A program made the translations under genes and the position numbers. This document shows, in pieces, positions 1 through 8,021 of a DNA stretch of 64,000 bases. This DNA comes from a virus (Duplodnaviria; Caudoviricetes). The stretch lies in the IMG/VR virus record IMGVR_UViG_3300028833_000073, positions 32,001-96,000 of that record. One strand, given 5' to 3'. The stretch's first letter is position 1. Each line of letters opens with the position of its first letter. The notes beneath the pieces were generated by a model that saw only the letters and a list, made by a program, of their open reading frames with translations, was not told the origin of the DNA and ran no database searches.

Positions 1-358
1 AATTGGAGTATAACCAATTAAACTTCTTAGAACTTTTTTTCAGATCATCTAACATTTGATATACTGCCGCATCAGCTCCATATTGTTCTCCATCTGGAGA
101 GGTATATGCAGCTTCATATTGATCCCACACAATACGAGCAACAAACTGATTGTTTGCCTTTAAAAATGATGGAACCTTAACTCGATAAAAATCCTTTTCT
201 AGTTCACCAACTTTGCCTAATTTCCATTTATTAAAAAACTTTGTTAGCTCATTGTATGCTTCTTTTCTTTCCTTGTCTCCAAAATTCTTATCATTCATTA
301 ATCCTATTTTTCGTCCTAATCGTTCAAAATAACTAGCCCTATCAATTTTTTCAGGCAT
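1..358 (-). CDS. hypothetical protein, truncated by window edge
   Basis: My translation: ATG at 358 after AAGGACGGTGA; MPEKIDRASYFERLGRKIG... stays open to position 1. Confidence 0.7.
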   Translation of the reverse strand, partial: MPEKIDRASYFERLGRKIGLMNDKNFGDKERKEAYNELTKFFNKWKLGKVGELEKDFYRVKVPSFLKANNQFVARIVWDQYEAAYTSPDGEQYGADAAVYQMLDDLKKSSKKFNWLYSN

Positions 359-497
359 AGTTATCATCACCGTCCTTATTTGAATAAATACAAGAGAATC
401 TCAAATTCTATAAGCACTAATCCAGCAGATACACTCTCTACTGGAATAATTGCTTTTAGAAATAAGATACAGTCATTTTTAGAGAACTTCATAAATC

Positions 498-1679
498 TTA
501 GTCCTCTCTAACACCAGTCTTGATATTACCAAGAATTCTATATAGAGCCTTATATAGAATGGTCTTATCCTGGTTAAATCTATCTTTATATGCATCAAGT
601 CTAGCGCTGAAAGCAATAGTATGAATAGAAGCAACTTCATTGATCTCATTAGATCTTGCCTTCATATAGTACTCATACTTTCTTGCAGCAGAATCTGACC
701 CTACATCATATTCTTTATCTTTAACCTTAAACTTACCTTCTTTATCAAGGTTTACAATCTTAGATACTTCCTTAGCAATATCATCATATGCCTTCTCGGC
801 TTCTTTCTTTCTCTTCTCTAGATCCTTCTTAATACTGTCATAAGTATTGAAACGGGTATAAGCTTCTGTAATATCAGTAGCTTCAAACTCATAGTCTTCT
901 TTACTAGATTGACCATCTCTGAAAACTTCAAAGAGATCCTTAGAATAATCAGAAGCATCAACTCTAGTATTATCAGTTCTTCCTAGCATATATCCTCTTA
1001 TCTTATCATAGTAATCATCACTTTCTAATGCATTCATATAGTCTTGATATGCTTTATCAATATCAAATCCACTTTCTCCATGCTTCTTAAAGCCTTCATC
1101 AGTATTACCAGTAGCAGGTTTAGTTGTAAATGCAGTATTAAGCTTATTATCCATGATATTAGATAAACCAGTACTTGCACTGATACTAAGCCTACCTGTA
1201 TTACTTGCCACACTATAAATAGCATTCATTGGAGGTACATTTGCACCAGCACCATCATCTATAGTAAACTTAAATACGTTCATATGGAACTTATGGTTCT
1301 CATTAAACTTATTGAAATCCTTCTTATGATCTTTAAGATACTTCTCTCTCTTGATTAGCATATTAATACCTACTAAGAACTTATTCAAAAGAGCTTTAAG
1401 AAAGTCCACTACTTTCTTAATAATCTTCTTAAAGGTATCCATCCAGTCAGAGAAAGATTCAGTAATGAGCATATCATTACCTTCACTCTCACATAAAGCA
1501 CCATAGAAAACTCTATTAGCTTCTAGCATCTCATTGTCTAGATTAGTAAGAAACTCTAGAGCTTCATTCACATATGAGTGATCATGTCTATCTGAGTTAA
1601 TGAAAGACTCATTCAAAGAAATAGCACCTTCTGTTACTACATTGGATGTAGAAGGTGCTAACCTATTAAGATCAAACAT
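498..1679 (-). CDS. putative internal head/virion protein, paralog family member 5
   Basis: Acidic N-terminal leader, then ITE|SFSDWMDTFKKIIKKVVDFLKALLNKF amphipathic helix; shares F..FR.G..SKE motif with the upstream paralogs. Confidence 0.65.
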   Translation of the reverse strand: MFDLNRLAPSTSNVVTEGAISLNESFINSDRHDHSYVNEALEFLTNLDNEMLEANRVFYGALCESEGNDMLITESFSDWMDTFKKIIKKVVDFLKALLNKFLVGINMLIKREKYLKDHKKDFNKFNENHKFHMNVFKFTIDDGAGANVPPMNAIYSVASNTGRLSISASTGLSNIMDNKLNTAFTTKPATGNTDEGFKKHGESGFDIDKAYQDYMNALESDDYYDKIRGYMLGRTDNTRVDASDYSKDLFEVFRDGQSSKEDYEFEATDITEAYTRFNTYDSIKKDLEKRKKEAEKAYDDIAKEVSKIVNLDKEGKFKVKDKEYDVGSDSAARKYEYYMKARSNEINEVASIHTIAFSARLDAYKDRFNQDKTILYKALYRILGNIKTGVRED

Positions 1680-1695
1680 ATCTTAATCCCTCCAT

Positions 1696-2790
1696 TTATT
1701 TCGGTTCATATTTGTAGTTAGCAATCTTAGCTATGAGAGCTTTATTCTGCTTAGACCTTTCTCTAAGAGCACCTAAAGCTGCACCATTGATTGCTAAGAG
1801 TAATGATTTAGATCTATGTGTCCAAGTAAGAAGGTAATTAACCGTAGACATACGATGACTATGTGCATCCTTACCTTTCTTATCTTTACTTCCAACTTTC
1901 AAAGAGTCTTTATCAATATCTTCTCTTGTCTTATTGTAAAGACTCTTCTGATTATATTCAAGCTGCTTAGAGGCATCATCAATGATTCTCTTAGCAGCTC
2001 TATACATCTCTTGTACTTTCTTTCTAGTGTCTCTAGATGTTTGCATCTCGGTACCAATAGTACCTACATTGATCTTACTATTATCCAATGTAGTTTTATC
2101 TTCTTCTCCATTTCTAAAAGCCTTATATAGATCTTTAATGAAATCTGATTGTGATAATTTAGATGCTTGTACCTTAGGGTTGATAGTATGGACTATGTTT
2201 CCTCTAAGGGTTTCAATAGTTGTTTCCATATCAACCTGAGCTTTACTAGGATCTTGGGTATTCTTGATATGAGTTTCAACCTTACTATCATCAAGATTAT
2301 CCATATCCTTATTACTTCCACCAGGCATATTATTACATAACTGCATAGCAGTTTCAATATTCTTAGTTTCTATAGTAAAGACAAATCCATCAAACTCAAA
2401 GTCCGTTAGATTCTTACCAAATACTTCCTTCTTATACTTCTCTAAGAAGGCTCTATCACTCTTAGTCTGTTTATCAATAAACATCATAAACGACTTAAAT
2501 AGAGAGGATAACTTCTCCCAGATTCTATATAAGAACTTCTTAACGGCAAGAATGAATCCTTGTACACTAGCTTCATTATACACTATATCTTCTTTATATT
2601 CTTCCAAATGAGATAATTCATTAACGTATATCTCTTTTTGTATCATATTGTAGTTCTCTGTCATATCAATGACAGCATCAAGTGCTCCCTCTAGATAATC
2701 TTCTCCTAGATACCAAGGAGATCTATCATATACTAAAGACTCTAATGTTAATTCACCTGTTAGAGTCTGATCGTTTTTGAAGATACCCAT
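1696..2790 (-). CDS. putative internal head/virion protein, paralog family member 4
   Basis: MGIF start; YNE|ASVQGFILAVKKFLYRIWEKL; KSDRAFLEKYKKE; AFRNGEEDK; late promoter at 2839-2850. Confidence 0.7.
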   Translation of the reverse strand: MGIFKNDQTLTGELTLESLVYDRSPWYLGEDYLEGALDAVIDMTENYNMIQKEIYVNELSHLEEYKEDIVYNEASVQGFILAVKKFLYRIWEKLSSLFKSFMMFIDKQTKSDRAFLEKYKKEVFGKNLTDFEFDGFVFTIETKNIETAMQLCNNMPGGSNKDMDNLDDSKVETHIKNTQDPSKAQVDMETTIETLRGNIVHTINPKVQASKLSQSDFIKDLYKAFRNGEEDKTTLDNSKINVGTIGTEMQTSRDTRKKVQEMYRAAKRIIDDASKQLEYNQKSLYNKTREDIDKDSLKVGSKDKKGKDAHSHRMSTVNYLLTWTHRSKSLLLAINGAALGALRERSKQNKALIAKIANYKYEPK

Positions 2791-2838
2791 ATAGGGAATC
2801 CTCCTTTCTTAAGACCCTTAATAAGCCTTTATAGTCAT

Positions 2839-2850
2839 TATCTCTATGTT
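2839..2850 (-). promoter_or_regulatory. late promoter AACA-N6-TA
   Basis: AACAtagagaTA on the minus strand upstream of the 2790 gene; motif recurs upstream of structural genes. Confidence 0.7.
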
Positions 2851-2909
2851 TGAGGTACACAAAATATACCCCCTAGGTTTCCCTAGGGGTTTATATATGA
2901 ATGATTGTA

Positions 2910-3176
2910 TTAGGCTTTAACTACCCAGTCATTAGCAAGCATATCTGCCTGAGATGCCAACCAACCAAGCTGTACACCAGAAGTTCCTACGAAAGCAACT
3001 GCCTGGTTACCAATAGCATCATGATTGGCATTGACCACTTCACCTTTAGCATTCTTGTAGCTGATATTGGTAGCAAGCTCAATATACTGATTCTTGCCAT
3101 TCCAACCTTCTCGTGCTACTTGTTTTCCTTCCTTCATAGCGATGATAGCTTCACCAAAATTCATTCTTTCTTGCAT
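2910..3176 (-). CDS. tad2: DUF2829 / Thoeris anti-defence 2 (Tad2)-family nucleotide-signal sponge
   Basis: MNFGEAIIAMKEGKQVAREGWNGKNQYI...GWLASQADMLANDW matches the DUF2829 signature; start moved to ATG 3176 after GGAGG (88 aa). Confidence 0.85.
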   Translation of the reverse strand: MQERMNFGEAIIAMKEGKQVAREGWNGKNQYIELATNISYKNAKGEVVNANHDAIGNQAVAFVGTSGVQLGWLASQADMLANDWVVKA

Positions 3177-3290
3177 TTGTAATTCCTCCATTCTATTATT
3201 AAGAAACAATACATTTATATGTATATAGACAAATTAAAAATAAATTCTCCCTAGGTCGCCCTAGGGAGAAATATATTAGATATGAAAGGA

Positions 3291-4487
3291 TTAATAGTCA
3301 GCTTCCCATACAGCAAGCTCAGCCATTGCCTCTTCCATAATCGCAGACTCTTCCTTACGCTTATAAGCAACTGCCTTAGCAAAAATACTACGATTCTGCT
3401 TATTGTTGAAGTCATAGATCTTAAGAGAAACTTGAGTTGCCTTAAGAACTGCAGACTGCACAATATTAGCAGTACGAGAAAGCATACCTAAAGCTCTCTG
3501 ATGTTTACTAATATTTTCAGAACGAGCATTTTTAGATTTATTATCAGTTCCAGCGGCACCCCATGAAGTACTAGCTGTTGAATATACTTTTGCTTTACCT
3601 TTTTCACTCATATCTGTATCATAGGCTACAGCAGTATGAGATCCTTCATCATTATCATTATCTTTAACTGGAGAATTCTTAAAATTATTATTAGAAGCTT
3701 TTTCAAGATCCTTAATAATCTGATTCATGTCTTTGTTAAGATTATCATATTGCTTCTTAATAGCTTTACGAGTATCCTTAAAGCCCATCATTTCAGTCAT
3801 AATATCATTTATATTTACGCTATCAGTGGTTTCATCTTCAAAAGCCTTATCAAAAGCTTCTTTTTCAAACTCTTTTTCACTTACACTAGATTCACCAATG
3901 AAAGAACCAAGAAGCTTTTCTTTTACATCTTCACCGTCAAACTTTTCATCTTCTTTGCTAATATCTTTATTGTTAATAATATCATAAGTAGAAATATGGC
4001 CGCCTGCCTTTTGGACTTTTACAGAAAGATTATCAAAACTGATAACTTCAAGAGTCTTCTTCTTACGATGAGAAGGCTCAAAATCAGTTAGATCCTTACC
4101 AATGATATCTTTCTTGTACTTATTAATGAATTCCTTGTTATTCTTACCAAACTTAGCTTCAAGACGAGCCATAAAGCCATTGAAAATAGCCTTAATCTTA
4201 GCCCAAAGCTTCTTGAAGAACTCTTTGATCTTATTGAACATATCTCCAATAGCACTCTCAGAGAAGTTCATAACTTCATTCTCATTAACACCTTCATTAA
4301 CCATTAAGCAAGCCTGCATATCTGTCTTAACTCCAGCTTCTACTAGAGCCATTTCATTCTGTAGGCCTACAATCTGTGCAATCTGGGCAGAGTATACACC
4401 ATCATCATAGCCTTCGGCCTCTTGAATATTAAGAGGGGCACTATACCCATTCATAGTATCCATAATCTGATTGGAAAAGATACCCAT
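3291..4487 (-). CDS. putative internal head/virion protein, paralog family member 3
   Basis: MGIFS start; FSE|SAIGDMFNKIKEFFKKLWAKIK; C-terminal KEES motif; late promoter at 4553-4564. Confidence 0.7.
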   Translation of the reverse strand: MGIFSNQIMDTMNGYSAPLNIQEAEGYDDGVYSAQIAQIVGLQNEMALVEAGVKTDMQACLMVNEGVNENEVMNFSESAIGDMFNKIKEFFKKLWAKIKAIFNGFMARLEAKFGKNNKEFINKYKKDIIGKDLTDFEPSHRKKKTLEVISFDNLSVKVQKAGGHISTYDIINNKDISKEDEKFDGEDVKEKLLGSFIGESSVSEKEFEKEAFDKAFEDETTDSVNINDIMTEMMGFKDTRKAIKKQYDNLNKDMNQIIKDLEKASNNNFKNSPVKDNDNDEGSHTAVAYDTDMSEKGKAKVYSTASTSWGAAGTDNKSKNARSENISKHQRALGMLSRTANIVQSAVLKATQVSLKIYDFNNKQNRSIFAKAVAYKRKEESAIMEEAMAELAVWEADY

Positions 4488-4552
4488 TATTTTTCACTCC
4501 ATTCATGATATTTTATCAACCCTAATAACAGGTTTATAGTTAGTGACATCAT

Positions 4553-4564
4553 TATCTTGATGTT
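4553..4564 (-). promoter_or_regulatory. late promoter AACA-N6-TA
   Basis: AACAtcaagaTA on the minus strand. Confidence 0.7.
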
Positions 4565-4613
4565 TAGAGATGTAAAGAACGATGAGTAGTAAATACTCCT
4601 TAATGACGATAAA

Positions 4614-4643
4614 AGAGACTATCCCATATTAGGGATAGTCTCT
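4614..4643. terminator. hairpin/terminator
   Basis: agagactatccc-atatta-gggatagtctct perfect stem just downstream of the 4650-5849 gene. Confidence 0.7.
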
Positions 4644-4649
4644 GATATA

Positions 4650-5849
4650 TCACTTAAGAGCAAGATCTGCTAAGAATCCAGAACCACCAGTTGGTGTATA
4701 AGACTCTTCATATGCACTTTCACTCTTAGACTTATGAGCTACTGCTGCTACGATACAAGCTTTATACTGACGAGAACGATCATTAATCGCCCTAAGTCCT
4801 TCTGCATTAACAGCGGTTAGTAATTCTGCACTAAGATGGGTCCATTTCAAATAATAGTTAGCTCCTGTAACCCTAGCTTCATAATGTTTGCTTTTTTCTT
4901 TATCATTATCTTTAGCCTGCTGTGTATCTCCAGAAGGTTTAACAGGAAGCTCATGATGACCTCCCTTAATAATAGAATTTAATACTTTTTCGGTATCTTT
5001 AATCGTCCTATCAGATGCCTTATATGCATCATTTAGTTCTTTCTTGGTTTGCTTTGAAGTCATAAGTTCTGTAGCATAATCAGAAAGATTAATCTTATCA
5101 AGTTCTTCTTTTTCACTTTCGCCATTACGGAAAGCTTCAAATAAAGCCTTTCTAAATTCAGTAGCATCCATTGATCCACCAGATTTTGCACCTGCAGCTA
5201 CAGCTACTTCACCACGTTCCTTCTCTGCCTCATCAGTAAATTTTTCATTATCTTTCTTAAAATTATCATTATTAGCATCATAAAACTGGCCTGCTTTAGA
5301 ATCACCTGCATTTTTTTCGATACCTTCAAAAGTCTTAAAATTAGATTCACTAATACCACATTTTTTAATAGCATTAGTAAGGTTGTCAAGTGTAAACTTA
5401 TATCCCTTGAAAGTGAAATCACTTAGATCCTTACCACTATAAATCTCTTTCTTATACTTTTGAACGAACTCCTTATCGTTCTTCATATAAGAATCAATCT
5501 TCATAATGAAACGCTTAAAGAGAGCCTTAATCTTCTCCCATACCTTCTTAAGGAAATTCTTAATACTCTCAATGAAGCCTTCAACTACTACTTCAGTATA
5601 TTCATACTCCTTACCAGTCTGCTCCATATAGACTAGCTCGTTACCCATTAAAGCCTTCTCAATCATATTGTAATTCTCATTGATATCAATGACTGCCTGA
5701 AGACCACACTCAGTGAGATCCATACTCTCTGAGAATACAGTATCTAGACTATCATCATTTAGCACTGCTTCCTCAAAACTCTTATTTTCAGTGATCTCAC
5801 TATCATAACCTTCATAGCTATTCTTAACTGTCTGGCTAAAAATACCCAT
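4650..5849 (-). CDS. putative internal head/virion protein, paralog family member 2
   Basis: MGIFS; VVE|GFIESIKNFLKKVWEKIKALFKRF; DKEFVQKYKKEIYSGK nearly identical to the 5996-7207 product. Confidence 0.7.
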   Translation of the reverse strand: MGIFSQTVKNSYEGYDSEITENKSFEEAVLNDDSLDTVFSESMDLTECGLQAVIDINENYNMIEKALMGNELVYMEQTGKEYEYTEVVVEGFIESIKNFLKKVWEKIKALFKRFIMKIDSYMKNDKEFVQKYKKEIYSGKDLSDFTFKGYKFTLDNLTNAIKKCGISESNFKTFEGIEKNAGDSKAGQFYDANNDNFKKDNEKFTDEAEKERGEVAVAAGAKSGGSMDATEFRKALFEAFRNGESEKEELDKINLSDYATELMTSKQTKKELNDAYKASDRTIKDTEKVLNSIIKGGHHELPVKPSGDTQQAKDNDKEKSKHYEARVTGANYYLKWTHLSAELLTAVNAEGLRAINDRSRQYKACIVAAVAHKSKSESAYEESYTPTGGSGFLADLALK

Positions 5850-5937
5850 TTTATTTTCATTCCTTTCATCGTATATTTCAAAGCATTATTAACTTACTTG
5901 AATGTAATCCCTATTCAAGAAGTCTGGTTAAAGACTT

Positions 5938-5949
5938 TATCTCTATGTT
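5938..5949 (-). promoter_or_regulatory. late promoter AACA-N6-TA
   Basis: AACAtagagaTA, identical to the copy at 2839-2850. Confidence 0.7.
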
Positions 5950-5995
5950 TAAATGATCAATTTAAAGAGGATACCATTAGGTATCCTCTTATATC

Positions 5996-7207
5996 TTACT
6001 TCATAACCACACTAGAGAAAGGAGTATAACCAAGACTAGCAGATTCTGCTAACTGTGCTACACTCTCATTCTTAGGCTTATGAGCCACATAGGCAATGAT
6101 AATTGCCTTATTCTGTCTAGACCTTTCTTTAAGAGCATTAAGACATGCTCCTTCAATAGTTAGTACACATGTTTTAGTATCTTTAATTGCTCGCATATTA
6201 AGGCTTAATGTTTTTGCAGCTCTATCACTTTGTTCCTTTCCAGTTGCATTAATAATAGATTTTTGTGCATTTCCATCTTTATCATAACGAGTAATGGTAG
6301 CAGATGATGATTTTGCATCTTTATCATCTAATGGCTGAGTTTTAAAAAAATCTTTTTGTCTTCTATCTACTTCTTTATCATCTTCATCTATAGATTTCTT
6401 TGCAGCTTTTAACATATCTGTCATTGTTTTCTTTGTTTCTTTTGATGTCATAAGTTCAGTAGCAATACCACTAATACCACCAGGAAAATCTTTTTCATCC
6501 AATTCTTCTTTAGATTCTTCTCCGCTATGATAAGCATTACGAAGTTCTTTAGTAAATTCAGATTGGGTTAAGGAGCTAGATGATTTTCCTGTTAAAGTTG
6601 TTATTACTTTTCCTCTAAACGCATCTGCAAGATCTTCGTATTTATCTTCAGTTTTCTTAAGATCATCTAGTGGTTTGGCAGTAGATCCTGCTAATTCTCT
6701 ATAGTCCATAGATTTAGCAACACAATCTTGAACAGCCTTACTAGTATTATCAAATGCAGACTTACTAAATTTCCATCCTTTAAAGGTGAAGTCAGTTAGA
6801 CTCTTACCACTATAAATTTCTTTCTTATACTTCTGAACAAATTCCTTATCAGTCTTTGTCCAGCTATCAATCTGCATCATAAATCTCTTAAAGAGAACCT
6901 TAATCTTCTCCCAGATCTTCTTAAGAAAGTTCTTGATGGCATTTACCATGTCACCAAGCATTCCTTCATTGTATACCAGGAGTTCACCGGTTCTCTCAAG
7001 ATATGAAGACTCAGCTAAAGCAGTCTGAGTCATAAACATATTGTAGTTCTCTTGCATAGTAATGCAGCAATCAAGAGCGCCTTCCATTAAGTCGTCTCCT
7101 TCATAAGGCTCTACATTACTATCAGTCATAATGGAATCAAGAGTGTCCTCATTAAAAGGTTGTTCTCCATGATATCCATAATGGGCTTCATTAGAAAAGA
7201 TTCCCAT
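5996..7207 (-). CDS. putative internal head/virion protein, paralog family member 1
   Basis: MGIFS; YNE|GMLGDMVNAIKNFLKKIWEKIK; C-terminal KPKNES. Confidence 0.7.
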   Translation of the reverse strand: MGIFSNEAHYGYHGEQPFNEDTLDSIMTDSNVEPYEGDDLMEGALDCCITMQENYNMFMTQTALAESSYLERTGELLVYNEGMLGDMVNAIKNFLKKIWEKIKVLFKRFMMQIDSWTKTDKEFVQKYKKEIYSGKSLTDFTFKGWKFSKSAFDNTSKAVQDCVAKSMDYRELAGSTAKPLDDLKKTEDKYEDLADAFRGKVITTLTGKSSSSLTQSEFTKELRNAYHSGEESKEELDEKDFPGGISGIATELMTSKETKKTMTDMLKAAKKSIDEDDKEVDRRQKDFFKTQPLDDKDAKSSSATITRYDKDGNAQKSIINATGKEQSDRAAKTLSLNMRAIKDTKTCVLTIEGACLNALKERSRQNKAIIIAYVAHKPKNESVAQLAESASLGYTPFSSVVMK

Positions 7208-7231
7208 AGTTATATCACCTCATGAAAGATT

Positions 7232-7510
7232 TTATTTGAAATTGAAGTTGAAGAATGCTGATTCATTCTTGCTATCGCTGTCATCCTTATCATCATTGTC
7301 TTCTGTATCAACATCATCGTCGGTATCTGGTTCCATGTCATCATTGAGCTTCTTACTCTTCTTAGATGACTTCTTATCTGTATCCTTCTTTTTCTTCTTC
7401 TTAGACTTTCCAGCCTCATCAAGAAGAATTTCAGGATCATAAGAACCATCATCGTTAATTAAAGACTCATGAATGTAAACTCCACGCTTTGAATCATATG
7501 CATATCCCAT
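7232..7510 (-). CDS. small Lys/Asp-rich putative head protein (paralog of 7526-8002)
   Basis: N-terminus MGYAYDSKRGVYIHESL shared with the neighbour; C-terminal KNES; AGGAG RBS. Confidence 0.65.
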   Translation of the reverse strand: MGYAYDSKRGVYIHESLINDDGSYDPEILLDEAGKSKKKKKKDTDKKSSKKSKKLNDDMEPDTDDDVDTEDNDDKDDSDSKNESAFFNFNFK

Positions 7511-7525
7511 GATATAACAACTCCT

Positions 7526-8002
7526 TTATTTCAACTCAAGACCAGAGAAGAACTCTGTTGAGTAATCATAAGATTCATTCTTAGATTTATATCTTGCTAG
7601 CATTTCTTGCCTTTTTTCAATTTTATCATCATGCTTTTTACCTGCCTTGTCTAAAGAACGAGCAGAAACTCCTTTAGCCTTAGCAGCGGTTATTCTTTCA
7701 CTAGTTCTCTGAGGATGTCTAGCCCATGAATCTTTGGCCCATGTTGCATTATCCTCTTTAGATGTCGATCCTTTATACTTTTCTTTAGATGCTGCAAATT
7801 TTGTATCTGCAGCAGAAATTTCAGAATCTCTATGATATCTTCCTACTCCACCAGCCTTTTTATTAAACTTCTTTCCGGCTGCATTATTATTTATTACTGC
7901 ATGAATATTTTCATTCAATATATCAGCATCATAATGTCCGTTCTCATCTACTAAAGACTCATGAATATATACTCCTCTATCAGAGTCAAATAGATATCCC
8001 AT
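7526..8002 (-). CDS. basic putative head protein (paralog of 7232-7510)
   Basis: MGYLFDSDRGVYIHESL...ILNE| followed by a basic core and KSKNES. Confidence 0.65.
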   Translation of the reverse strand: MGYLFDSDRGVYIHESLVDENGHYDADILNENIHAVINNNAAGKKFNKKAGGVGRYHRDSEISAADTKFAASKEKYKGSTSKEDNATWAKDSWARHPQRTSERITAAKAKGVSARSLDKAGKKHDDKIEKRQEMLARYKSKNESYDYSTEFFSGLELK

Positions 8003-8021
8003 TTATTTTCACCATCCTTGT

